From assembly GCA_965287045.1 (NCBI GenBank), contig OZ336870.1, forward strand, positions 164,176,001 to 164,240,000: DNA of 64,000 nucleotides, written 5' to 3'. Position 1 is the stretch's first letter. Each line of letters begins with the position of its first letter. The notes beneath the pieces are model-generated. The model saw only the letters and a program-made list of their open reading frames with translations, was not told where the DNA came from and did no database searches. Shown here piece by piece: positions 37,470 through 49,457 of this stretch. The position numbers and the translations under genes are program-made. This DNA is from Carcharhinus amblyrhynchos (Eukaryota).

Positions 37470-38380
37470 TCTGTGCACATAAGCTTCCTGGTCTGGAGGC
37501 ACACTGGGAGCCTGTGTCTGCTCAAACAAAATGACCATTCAGCGAGAGGTGTGCAGGTGCTGAGGAGACATACCGTCTGGGATAGACTGGTTGCTTTCGC
37601 AGGCACCAATGCACCTCCCCCCCCCCGCCACCCCTTGAAAGGAGAGAAAAAGGGACTCTTCCAAAAGTAAATGCTGCTGGCATCTTTTATTTGAGTTTAT
37701 TTCACATGTCCTTGGCACAAGAATGTTCACCCCGAAGGAGAAAGCAAAAGCTCCCGACGCTATCGCCACTTGAGAGTCATCTGTACTTGTTTTAACACTT
37801 GAGTAGTCAGTAGCTAAGCAGCTGCTGAGACTATTGGCCTTTGTCCTCGCCCAGATTAGCAACTGAGCTTTTAATCTCCGTTTATTGGAACACTGCAACG
37901 ATTCTGGGAACTGTATTGTTGCCTTTACATACCTGCTTCTCCCTGAGTAGCTGTGTTTTTAACTGAGTGGGTATCACTGCTTATTATTAATTAAGCAGTC
38001 CACATAAAGGTTATTTTAAGCAAAGCATTGAAGAACTATGGAATATTTTGGGGAGTTGATTGTAGCATCTTTCTGAAAGCTTACTGGAAAATGATTGTAG
38101 GTTGCTTTGAAAACAGAACTGCACCCCCTAGCTTGCAGAGTAAGAACAGGATCTTTTTAAATTGCCCGATAACTCATCGGCAAGAAAATTGCCAATTACT
38201 CAACAAACTAATTTAGAAATAAAACTAGAAAGCTTTAACGTTACTGTGTAGGTTTGAGTGCACAACACATTGTTCCCCGCAATGAAACAGAAACCATCTA
38301 TGCTTATTACTGCTTTCCATTTGCACATTACAGGATGTGTTTGGTTATTCTCTAACAATCTGTGGTTTGTTCCCCCGCAG

Positions 38381-38446
38381 AGAATTAAAGAATTGGAAGA
38401 CAAGATAGAAATTCAAAAAAGACAAATCAAAGAGATAGAAGAAAAG
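38381..38446 (+). CDS. JAKMIP1: JAKMIP-family coding exon (RIKELEDKIEIQKRQIKEIEEK)
   Basis: Acceptor ttcccccgcag|AGA, donor AAG|gtgaga, 66 nt, phase 0/0. Follows a ~27.2 kb intron. Confidence 0.92.
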
Positions 38447-38719
38447 GTGAGAGCTAACAGTCGAATTGACAATTTTTATTATAAAATTAATTGCATGTTT
38501 TTATGTATTTTAAATTAATTGTGAATAGACCAGTAACAATAAACACTTGAAAATATTGTCAATTTATAGTATTGCAGATAAGTGCGTTTATTTACGTACA
38601 TTATTAGACTTTGATCTGGTGCTAACATTTCTCTCTTCTTTAAACCTCTCCTTGCTCCTCTCTTTTTCTCCTGCTCCCACTTGTCTCCTTTACTTTCTGT
38701 TGGATTTTTATGTTTCCAG

Positions 38720-38770
38720 TTTTTGTTTCTATTTCTGTTTTTCTCTTTAGCTTTTATCCTCTGGCCCTGA
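38720..38770 (+). CDS. JAKMIP1: JAKMIP last coding exon, C-terminal transmembrane tail anchor FLFLFLFFSLAFILWP*
   Basis: Acceptor tgtttccag|TTT, TGA at 38768-38770. Peptide is the characteristic JAKMIP terminus. The exon probably extends to the donor ag|gttagt after 38792. Confidence 0.93.
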   Translation, partial: FLFLFLFFSLAFILWP

Positions 38771-40848
38771 CGGCCAATCTGCTGAAGCACAGGTTAGTGG
38801 GCGATACTTACTACCTGATTGTACCTGATCCCTAAGGGGACTTGCTGGGCCGTACTGAGTCAGTCTGTACTAGAAGAATGACCCTCTTATGAAGTTGATG
38901 TCCCTGATTGCTCTTAGCACTGAATGTCCTGAGCCCTGAATGAGATTTTAAGCACTTTTTAGATGGCGAGATATTCAACTGAACATCAAGTACCCTTTGT
39001 AAAAGGTGATTAAATATTCCTACTGAGCATTAAAACTGATCAGCTAAAATGGTTTGATCCAGGACAAACTTGTTGCATTGTTCAATCTCATGCAATCTCA
39101 TCCATTACGTGAGGGGTGGATCATGGAAAGGCCTGTTGACCTCGGGCAGGATTTTTCAGTTTCGGGATGAGCGAGGCTGTAAACTCTCACCCATTAGAAA
39201 GTGGGTGATTTTACCCATTTAGGTTAGAAAATGAGTGATATTAAAAGATGTGTCTCAGCTTGGTTTTGAATGATAAGAAATCTTTTTCAATCAAATGAGC
39301 CATAAATATGGGGCTGGATTCTATAACCCTTCCCTGCCAGGTGTGTTTTAGGTGCGGCGGTGGGGGACACCATGTTCCCGCTCAACAGAATCCCCATAAT
39401 AGGGGGCCGCCACTGAAAAAACATGGGCAACGACCTTATTACCAATTAATCCTATTTCACACTACGCACGTCATAAGAGCTTTGGCATGGGCAGCTGGGT
39501 GAGAAGTCCACTTTTGAAAGAGGCTTTGGAATCACAGGAAGGAAGGGAGCAACGTGTTTGGAGGCGTGGGGGGGTGTGCCCATTGCACATTGGGGGCAGC
39601 CCCCCCCCTTTGTTCCTCCCCACCTGACCTTTAAGATCCAGCCCTTTACCCCTCCCTCACCTCTCCCTCCAACTCCCCTTTAGCTGATATGGCTCTGGGA
39701 CCTACTGATGTTCTTCCTGGACCTCATCGCAGTGCCCGCTACTCGGTTCTGGTGCTGCTGAAACTACTGGAGCTGTTGGCCAATTGGATTGGCTGGCAGC
39801 TCTGGGGGGAGTGGGATTTCCTCCCACCGAGGGGCAGATGTCCCACTCTCAGTTGAATATTCCAGTGCAATATTGCGCTGGGGCGAACTTTTGTTTTTGG
39901 GTCCATCGGCTACCAACCAACTCTTAGAACAGGGGGTAGAGCAATACGAATCCTGCTGTCCCACCACCTGTGAAATTCTACCCATAGATTATTTTCTTGA
40001 ATAACGTAGCATGCAGGGGTTATTTAAATGCAGAGCTAATGTACATTTAAGGATTTGTCCAATGTGAAAACTTTCTCTTCGATTGTAACTGCAACATCAG
40101 CAGGCTGTGCAAGGGTGTTAAAAAATTTAATACTGGGACCAAGTCCTCAACACAGTGCACATTTTCTTTGATGTTGACTGAAGGCAGTGCATCTGAGTGC
40201 CCTGCCGTGCAGGAGCAGGACATTTCATTAACGTATTTTAATTGTGCTCCCACACGGTGTAAAGTGCTGTATTAGTTTCCCAGAGATTGGGCAATCCAGC
40301 AGTGAATGGAAGATGGGACCCTGCTAGCTCCATGAGGCGAGTGCTTTTTCCAGCACTCCTTGTGGGCCAAGAGGAACTTGACTGCTTCCCTCAGTCCCTC
40401 ATGGCAGCTTGTGGCCTCCCCATCGTGATTTCTCTCTTCCACTCTGCCCCTTTATCCACCTCCCTATTGTTGAAGGCTGTCAGTAAGCGATTTGGCTGGC
40501 TGCCTGCGAGGCAATTAAACTAGAAAATGTTTTATGCTCGCTGGACCTCCCTGTTCCCAGCCTTGTTGGTTTCTTTCACCTTCCCAATACCCTCATTTTT
40601 GTCACAGGCGTGTAGTGTTTAGGGTTTCTTGATAACCGAGCCATTTTCTGGCAAGTTAAATGAAGCCTGTCATTGATTATAAATAATCAGCTCCTTTGAT
40701 ATTTATTATGGGGCATGTTCAATATTGTATTAATCTATAGATAAATATATGGAATCTCAACTTAATGTACTTTTAATTCTCGAGTGAGTAGCAGAATTTG
40801 CAGCCAACTCTAACTAGGCCTTTGCTTTTAGAGGCCAAATAAAAATTA

Positions 40849-41083
40849 GGCGGCATGGTGGCGAAGCGGTTAGCATTGCTGCCTCACTGCGCCAGGGACC
40901 TGGGTTCAATTCTTGGCTTGGGCCACTGTCACTGTGGAATCTACACACTCTCCCCATGTCTGCGTGGGTTTCCTCGGGGTGCTACAGTTTCCTCCCACAG
41001 TCTGAAAGATGTGCTGGTTAGGCACATTGGATATGCTAAATTTTTCCTCAGTGTACCCAAACAGGCACCGGAGTGTGGTGACC
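40849..41083 (+). mobile_element. V-SINE type B, 3'-truncated
   Basis: Head, V-domain and aaacaggcaccggagtgtggtgac, then stops. Confidence 0.8.
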
Positions 41084-41659
41084 CAGAGGAAACCCAAAGG
41101 ACTCCCCCCCACCCCCACCCCACCCCTGATTGGCTGCTGGTAACCCCAATAGGGTTTGTTTGGTGCATTTCTGGAGACACAGGAGACCCATAAAAGTATC
41201 TTTTGATCCCTGAGCCACCATTACATCCTGGTAGGCTTGGAAATAATTGGATTTAAGTAGGCCAGTTCCTTTCCTGTTGCCAGTGGATGAGTGCCTATGT
41301 TAGCCCCTTCCTGCTGCTAACTAAATCTGGAACAAATTCCTGCTCCCTGGAGAATCCGAGTGATTCTCCAGGCCCGGCAGCCATCTTATTCACTCAGTAA
41401 ATTCTGCTCAATATCTGTGAGCATTCCCATGGTTAAATAGCTTCAACTTAAGTACCACTTATGAAGAATAAGAACATGTGAAGAGCAATGCAGCATGAGT
41501 TAGTGTCATTAGTAGGTGTGGAGAAGGAAAGTTAATAAACTTGGGCTGTAAAGTTAATACTGAGTAGAAAAATGCCCATGTGGCTTTATAAGAGTACAAG
41601 ATTTAACCTCTATTTAATAATCCTTTCATCTGCAATTTTTACATTATCTTTATCATTAG

Positions 41660-41965
41660 ACTGCAGGAGAGCTCACAGAAGATAAAACTAAGCGGACAGA
41701 GCAAATTTCAAAGTGTACAAAGCAAAATGCATACATTGACGTGGAGGCATTGACCAAATTCCAAGCTTCTACAAAGGACAAACCAGAACACAAGGAGAAA
41801 ATAGACCCACGTGCACATGTTATGTCCACATTGGAAGATGCCATTCAAAACTTTCCAATATTTATCTACTTACTGAGGAGGAAGATCTTCCTGACGACAA
41901 TTTGATTTTAAACGATCTAGGAATTGGACAAAAATTTTAATAAAATATATATATATATACACCTG
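41660..41965 (+). other. Candidate terminal (3'UTR or alternative C-terminal) exon of the JAKMIP gene
   Basis: Pyrimidine-rich acceptor atctttatcattag|ACT at 41659/41660, 81 open codons to TGA at 41903-41905, and AATAAA at 41939-41944. Confidence 0.5.
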
Positions 41966-41977
41966 AATGATTTAGAA

Positions 41978-44266
41978 ATGATGGGGAGCAAACTTATAAA
42001 AGTGCAGAGCGATAAGGGGAACGGGCAAGATGGTGAAGATAACAGCAGGATGCAATTAAAGGAGCCACACATTTCTGAGGAACCACACACAGAACCGATG
42101 ACTCCCACAGAACCGAAGGGAGGAGCACATTTGGAGTCTCTTCTGGGGGAGACGGCAGATTTAAATAACCAGACCTTAGCAGAGCAACTCATACAATTAA
42201 AGGAAGAAAACAAACACAGTGGTGGCAGGATAGCAGAACTTGAAGATCATATTTTAAAATTACAGAACTTGCACAGCTCGGCAGAGCCGGGGCTCAGGGA
42301 AAACGTGGACAATCAGCAGATTTTGGAAGATAAATTGAGGGAGTACGAGAGGGAGTCTGTGGCTTTAAGGAAAAAGTTGAATGAGATGGAGCTTTCGTAT
42401 CATCGACTTCAATTCGAATGTGATGCCCTCAAAGGCAGACTGGCCTCAGTGAGGGAACTGGACTCACTGGAGTCTCGTAGCAGCGATGAGGAGGCTGAAA
42501 GCAAACCGGGTGCCAAAACAGAGCTGCTCCAGAGCCTCAGAAATCTAGAAGGGCTGCTAAAGATCAAGGAGATGAGCGAGAAGGAGCTGACGGACACGGT
42601 GGAAGAACTCCGAGGGCAACTGCTGCAAAACCAGGAGGCTCAGAGGCTGCTGAGCTCACGCTGTGCCAAGCTGGATCAGTTGACGAAGCAGAAGGAGGAG
42701 GTGGAAAGGCGGCTGGAGGAGAGGTACGGCCAAGTCGAGCAGCTGCAGAAGGAGAAGGAGAGCTCGGAGGAAGAGTACCAGGAGCATGTCAAAATGTTGC
42801 TGGAAGAGATCAGACAGCGGGACGAAGCCCACTCCCAACTCGAGGCAATCAACAAGGAGCTGCTCCACAGAATGGGGGAGGCGGACGAGGCCAGAGAGGG
42901 CCTCGAATCGAAGATTGCCAAACTGAGGATGGACTTGGAAGAGAGGGTGGAGAGCGAGTTAAAATTTAAGAAGCAATGTGCGGATCTGGAAAAGACCGTG
43001 CGGGATTGGGAAGATCTTGAGCAGCAGCTGAACGAGCAGTTTAAACAGGTGGAAAGGAAGCAAACTGGCAAGATTAAAAGTCTTCGCAAACAGTTGGAAG
43101 AAAAAGATGACGCCCTGCAGAAGACTTTGCAGGCGCTGGAAGAACTCAAGGAGGGCATCAGGGAGGCAGAGAAGGGCCTCCAGGAAAGGCAGCAACTTAC
43201 TCCAGAGATTCTCGAGGAAAAGAGGCAGCTGGAGGCAGAGTTGAGCAGAATGGTGGAGGCCGAAGTGGACAAGGCTGGCTTGATTGTGAAGATGAGGAGC
43301 AGGTTCGAAACGGAGCTGAACGACAAGAGCAAAGAGCTGGAAGACTTGAAGGATGAAGTGGAAAGGTGGGAGGACGAGGTCACCCGACTGCAGGAGCAAC
43401 AGAGGCAGCAAGAAGAAGTCAACAGGAAGCTGCTGGAGAGAAACAGGATGCTAGAAGAGATGGCGGGAGATCTGCAGCAAGGGGAGACCAAGATGCTGCA
43501 GGAAAAGATCGCCCGCATGGAGAAGCTCATCAGCATGAAAGAAGAGACGGAGGAGAAGCACCAGGCCAGGATCTCCAAGCAGGAGTCCTTGCTGAAAGAA
43601 ATGGAGGAGACCCAAAGGAGGTTGGCGCAGCGCAACGAAGAAATGGGCACCAGGCAGCGCGGGATGAGTGAGGAGATTCACCGCTGGAAAACCAAATGCT
43701 CTCACCTCGAGAAAGTGGAAAGAGAAGTGAAATTTGAAGCCAAGTGCCAGCGAGATAGGATTAAAGAGTTGGAAGTTGCGAAAACCACCTTGGAAGGGCA
43801 ACTTCAGAGGAAGATCAGCGAGTTTGATGAGCTGGGCTCTTTGAAGAAGAAGGAACTGGCAAGTGTGACGGCGGAGCTCAACAGCAAGATTGAAGAGCTG
43901 GAGCTCAAAGAGTCTGCCTGTCAGGCAGCCAAGCACAGCCTGGAAACGCAGCTGAAAAAAAGGATGAAAGAGTTTGACGTTTCTGAGGCGAACGTGAAGA
44001 GCCTTCGGAGGAAACTTGAGGAGGCCTTGGAGGAGAAGCAATGCGAGATCAGGAAGGTTGAAAGCAGTATGCGGCAGGAGAAGGCGGCGCTGGAAGCTCA
44101 GCTTGTTGAAGAGTCTCAGTTAGTCATGTCTCTGCAGGCCGCGGTTAAAGAGGGATGCCAGCTCTCCCACACGTTGAAGGGAGAGTTGCACAGTAAAGAG
44201 GCAGCTCTAAGACTGTTGCAAGAGGAGCACACCATGCTGCTGGAGAGGATTCAAGCTTTGGAACAG
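41978..44266 (+). CDS. Giant exon of an uncharacterised long coiled-coil protein (C4orf50-like by position); start uncertain
   Basis: Stop-free E/K/L/Q-rich heptad ORF, repeat-free and more GC-rich than its flanks. First in-frame ATGs at 41978 and 41981; donor CAG|gtaggt after 44266, phase 0. Confidence 0.85.
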
Positions 44267-44365
44267 GTAGGTGTGACATTCCCTGGGATTGCGAGGGCAG
44301 TGACATATCCTGGGAGGGGGTCGGTAACTTGAGTCAGACTTTGAATCTGACTGGTTTCCAATTTC

Positions 44366-44756
44366 TAGAGTAGAATCGCTACAGTGCAAAAGGAGGTAAT
44401 TTGGCCCATCAAGTCTGCACCAAGTCTCTGCCAGCGTATCTTACACTGTCCTGCCCCTAAAACCCCACACATTTTCCAATCCACCTAACCTACACATTTG
44501 GGACATTAAGGGACATTTTTGTTTACCATGGCCAATCCACCTAACCTTCACATCTTGGGACACTAAGTAACAATTTAGCATGGCCAGTTCACCTAACAGG
44601 CACATCTTTGTGCTGTGGGAGGAAACCCATGCAGTCACAGGGAGAATGTGCAAACTCTATACAGTCACCCGAGGCCGGGTCCTGGGTCCCTGGGTCAACC
44701 TGCGTCCCTGGTGCTGTGAGGCAGTAGTGCTAACCACTATGCCACTGTGCTGCCCT
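44366..44756 (-). mobile_element. HE1-type V-SINE with internal tandem duplications
   Basis: ccaatccacctaacc...gggaca unit repeated; starts 100 nt after the giant-exon donor. Confidence 0.85.
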
Positions 44757-45796
44757 AAATTTTGCGCAGAGGAGTGTGCTTGCATTCGTGGATGCTTCTT
44801 AACTCCGCTGACTTCACGCTTTGTGCAACCTATGGTTCATTTGTGAAGGGGTTCACCCATGTCCGTTCCAGTGGAACTGGTGTCAGCCTGGGTTCCGAGG
44901 TCAGGGTCCTGAAGACCCCCAAATTAGAGAGAATTTATCTTAAGTGAAAAGCAGAATAGTGCAGACTCTGGTAATCTGAAAAAGCTGGAAATAGTCAGAA
45001 GGCGATGGCAGCATCTGTGGAGACAAACAGTGTTGATGTTACAGATCTGTTCACTTTAATCAGAACTGGAAAAGTTAGAGATATAACAGTATTTGAGCAA
45101 AGGGTGGGTGGGACTTCAGCCTGCCACTCCGATATCTTCTATCGGGACTCCATTTTTTCTAGGACAATTTAATTTTCCGTCAATTAGCATCTTATCCCTG
45201 CAAAGGCTTCTTTATTGGCCTCTGACAGATAAACTTTGACCTTCTTACAAGAATCTGTGAAACTGCGAGCTTGGCTTCATTGTGTTAAAATAAAGTCAAC
45301 AACATTCATTGAGGATTTATCCAAATTTGCACTAAGTTCTTACTTTACACAAGAACAGTCAAACTGAATCGGGGCACCATTGTCTTCTAACTTGTTTTCG
45401 TCCTAAAGTACAAACTCTGTGGTTATAAATGTTAAGACAGGTGTTGAAATAATGAATTTAATAAGTTTCTTCAGCAAGTGTTTCTGTAGCACTGTTTACA
45501 TGAATGTTTTAAATTGAATTAATTAGCATTTGACTTCATTGCGTGTAAACCCTGCACGCAGATGCCATCTGTGTTAGCCACGACAATTTTTTGTTGCTGT
45601 ATTTTACACTACTTGACACCAGCTGTACCAACTTTATATATCTTCACCAAACCAATTAAACATTAACGTACTTGTCACCATCAATGTCAGAAAGGTGTGA
45701 AAATATATTATGGGTGTCAGCCATGGCTCTTGCCTGAGTCAGCAGGTTGTGTTGTCAAGTCCTGCAGTACAGCACAACATCTAGGCTATTACTCAT

Positions 45797-46077
45797 TGAA
45801 TCCCTGCAGGGCAGAAGAGGCCATTTGGCCCATTGAGTCTGCACTGACTCTGACAAAGTATCTTACCCAGGCTCTCTTCCCCCTGCCCCATCCCTGTAAC
45901 CCCATGCACTTACCATGGCTAATCCACCTAATCCACACATCTTGGGGCAATTTAGCATGGCCAATCCACCCGACCTGCACATTTTTGGACTGTGGGAGGA
46001 GACCAGAGCACACGGAGGAAACCAATGCAGCACAGTGAGAACATGCAAATTCCACACACCCGGGTCCCTGGCCACTG
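45797..46077 (-). mobile_element. HE1-type V-SINE
   Basis: Tail and V-domain, shortened head. Confidence 0.8.
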
Positions 46078-46394
46078 TAACATCCTTAAGAGTAATGCTA
46101 TGGGAGTATTGCATTTTCAGAGTTTACATTGTATAGATGAGCTATTAAACTGAGTCCTGCCCACCCTTTCCTACAGTATGGCTACTGTTTGGGGATCTGT
46201 ACACTGCTCTTAACAATGTCTTCCTTCTTTTGCTGTTTTTAACCTCCAACCAAATAGGCTCAACATCATCTGAGCCTACATCATCCGCTATTTATTCTTC
46301 TTACAAGAAAATCCCCTCACTGACATTTGTCTTTTTCAAAAATACAGTGCAAAGTTCATGTTTATCTGGCAACAGAAGATGAGAGGTTAAGCAC

Positions 46395-46835
46395 AACACC
46401 AACAGAAAATGCTGGAAAAACTCAGCAGGTCTGACAGCATCTGCAGAGAGAGAATACAGCCAATGTTTCAAGTCAGGATGACCCTTCGTCGGAGCTCTTA
46501 TAGTGCATGGGAAGCACTGCTTCACCTGAAAAGAGTGTTTGGGACCAGAGATAGTGAGCAGGGAGGGGGTGAAGGGGCGGGTGTTGCACCTTCTACGATT
46601 GCATGGGAAGGTGTTGTGGGCAGAGGGTGAGGTGTTGGGTGTGATGGTGGAGTGGATCAGAATGTCCCAGAGAGAACGGTCTCTGCAGAATGTGGACAGG
46701 GGGAGTGAGGGCAAGATGTGTCGAGTGGTGGCATCATGCTGGAGTTGGTGGAAATGGTGGACAATGATCCTTTGAATGCGGAGACAGGTGGAGTGAAAAG
46801 TGAGGATGAAGGAGGACTCTATCCTGGTCCTGGGA
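46395..46835 (-). mobile_element. Penelope-like retroelement fragment (RT to GIY-YIG linker plus terminal repeat)
   Basis: ORF 46301..46714 contains FCRDRSLWDILIHS...TFPCNRRRCNT...GPKHSFQVKQCFPCT, typical of the Penelope Cys-rich linker; degenerate hammerhead at ~46458-46496. Confidence 0.75.
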
Positions 46836-47653
46836 GGGAGTTTCAGATTACAGCACCCACAGTATCTTGCCTTTATCCAGGAGGTTCAGCACATTCATCC
46901 TCAAAACCAAAAGGAAGTGTCAGTTGTAACCTTCAGCCTGAGACCAGACAATGAAGATCCATGTTTTGTTTGTGCAATCAATGAAAATAGATTATCAATA
47001 GTATTATGCCAATATTTGTAGTCAGCCCTTGTATTTGGAGTCTTATCGTACAAAACATTACACAAAAGATCAAGAAGGACTTTAAAATCATTGAAATTCT
47101 TTGTCACAAAAACCTGGGTCAGAGAAACATTTTCATTTTTGTAAGACTTAGTTTTAAAGGTTGGCTACTCAGTGTTCCCCCATAGGACTGAGACAACATT
47201 GGAAGCACTTTGTGTGTGAATCTAATGCGAAGGTATCCTGATGCGATGCCATTGTTGCAGTTCTTTGGAGCTGTAACATTAGAGTGTTCCATCAATATTA
47301 CATGGCCACTTTGTCCAATGGAACTAACAGTAAGGTCCTTTTATCATGAATAAATAAATGACTCTTCACCGTATTGTGGAGATACTATTCGAGCAGCTGG
47401 TCACTGCAATTAACCCAACAGAGACTGTCTCAATGTGAAAATATCTATTCCATCTGAAGACTGAAGTATTTTCAGTAGTGCGACATTTCTTGGGTTCACT
47501 TGGCCCCAGTGAAAGACAGCATTGTTTTATCTTCGTATGGATTCCCTGGATGATAAAGTGAAGGAGATTAGTTATCATATTATCTCACCCAGAAAAGATG
47601 GAATGGATGTGCTGAACTTTAATGTAACCATTGGTACCTCCTGGCAATTGCAG

Positions 47654-47820
47654 GATCTGGAGGAGGCAAAGAACGAAGGGTCAAGACACAATGAGTGGGC
47701 GACCAATAAGCGTGAAATCAATGTCCTTGACCAGAGATTGGAGGAGTTCGCACAGTCTGAGAAGACCCTCAAACAAGCCATTGACAACTCCAGGAAGACA
47801 GAAGCTGCTTTACAAAGAAG
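47654..47820 (+). CDS. Coiled-coil gene exon (DLEEAKNEG...KTEAALQR)
   Basis: Acceptor aattgcag|GAT, donor AAG|gtaagg, 167 nt, phase 0/2, coiled-coil composition. Confidence 0.82.
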
Positions 47821-48044
47821 GTAAGGACATACAAGAGGTTATGGCACTAATTCTTTTTCTTGGGCGTATCTGGCAATTTCGAACTGGTTCAGGTTAAGGG
47901 GCTCTTAGGAGGGGAAGGCCTTATCATCACAAAAATTTCCTGAACTTTGCCTACTCTACTTTAGCGAACATGAGGATTGTTAATTAGCTGGTGATACCGA
48001 AACAAGTAAGAGCAATTACAATACCACTTTTATGAGCTTACATT

Positions 48045-48180
48045 TTTAATTGGTAATGGGTTGAGGGATTATGGGGAGAGGGCAGGAAAATGGGGATGAG
48101 GTGCACATCAGCCATGATCAAATGGCGGAGCGGACTCAATGGGCCGAATGGCCTAATTCTGCTTCTACATCTTACAAACT
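48045..48180 (+). mobile_element. CR1 LINE extreme 3' end
   Basis: Similar to the tail at 59575-59680. Confidence 0.7.
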
Positions 48181-49186
48181 TACGCCTTTATTACAGAATG
48201 AGAGGTCACATGACACCAGGTTATAGTCCAACAGGTTCATTTGAAATCACAGGTTTTCGGAGCGCTGCTTCATTGTCAAGTGAAGTATAAAATGGTGCAG
48301 GAATTCAGGCAGAATGACCGATTTCCAAAAATCTCTGCAAACAACTGGAACTCACACAGTGAATGATGCATTAAAGACTTTTGGAATTAACAGTAGCTGG
48401 ATTTTTGATGCTAAGGGGAATGAACCCCAGAGCGTAGCTATTGTGTAGCTATTTCAGTGAACCTGTACAGACACAACAACCTGAATCACTTACTTTTTGT
48501 CCATTTATGGGATGTGGACATCACTGGCTAGACCAGTGTTTATTGCCCATTTCTAATAACCTCTGAGAAGGTGGTGATGAGCTGATTTCTTGGACTGCTG
48601 CAGTCCATGGAGTGTAGGAATACCCACAGCTCTGTTAGGAAAGGAGAGCCAGGATTTTGACTCAGCAGCAGTGAAGGAATGGAGGTGAAGTTCTGCCTCT
48701 GTAGTGAATTTTTAAGGTGGTGGATGGGATGGCACAAAGTGGGCTGCATTTTCCTAGATGGTGTCGAGCTCCTTGAGTGTTGTTGCAGCTGCACTCAACC
48801 AACAGAGTTTTCCTTTTCCCCACCCGCGACTTGTGCTTTGTAGATTGTAGACAGTGTGTGATTCTAGACCAGCTATATTGTGGTGCAAATGAAAGCCTCT
48901 GGGTGCGATCTTATCTGCCAATCACACCAGGTGCCTGTTCCAGCGAAGTCGGAGAATTTGGCATCCAGCCAGATCTTTGGTCACTGCACCAGGATGGGAA
49001 AATCCCGCCTGAGTGAACGGTGGTACGATTCTAGCCTGTGAATCAAACACAGGCTGCAAACTTCTATAGCCGCACTTGCTTGTTGAGTTTTTGGGGAATT
49101 AATAGTTATGGAAAGAGTGCAATGGGATTTCATCAGAAGTGTTCCTTGGCCAGCACAAATTTCTGGCAGCCCAAGTGTTTTTTAAA

Positions 49187-49457
49187 AGAAAGTTTATTTA
49201 TTAATCACAAGTAGGCTTACATTAATACTACAAGGAAGTTACTGTGAAATCCTCCTTGTTGCCACAATCAGGTGCCTATTTGGGTCAATGCACTTCTCCC
49301 AGACTGTCAGAGGAAACCAGAGCACCTGGAGGAAACCCATGCAGACATGGGGAGCATGTGCCAACTCCACACAGACAGTGACCCGATGCAGAAATCGAAC
49401 CCAGGACCCTGGTTCTGTAAAGTAGCACTGCTAACTAATGTGCTGTCGTGTTGTCCC
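49187..49457 (-). mobile_element. V-SINE, tail type B
   Basis: Reverse-complement copy. Confidence 0.8.

Noticed and set aside
41924-41977. ORF-track start at a TTG (MDKNFNKIYIYI...)
   Set aside because: Non-ATG start running through AATAAA and an (AT)n microsatellite; not a credible eukaryotic initiation site.
42676-43650. 324-aa minus-strand ORF and neighbouring antisense ORFs (42959-43411, 43451-44041, 58084-58392)
   Set aside because: Ser/Leu/Phe-rich shadows of the Glu/Lys/Gln-rich coiled-coil exons on the + strand.
44267-44332. C-terminal VGVTFPG...GSVT of the 802-aa ORF, and likewise 58975-59046
   Set aside because: Lies beyond strong GT donors and loses coiled-coil composition; intronic run-on.
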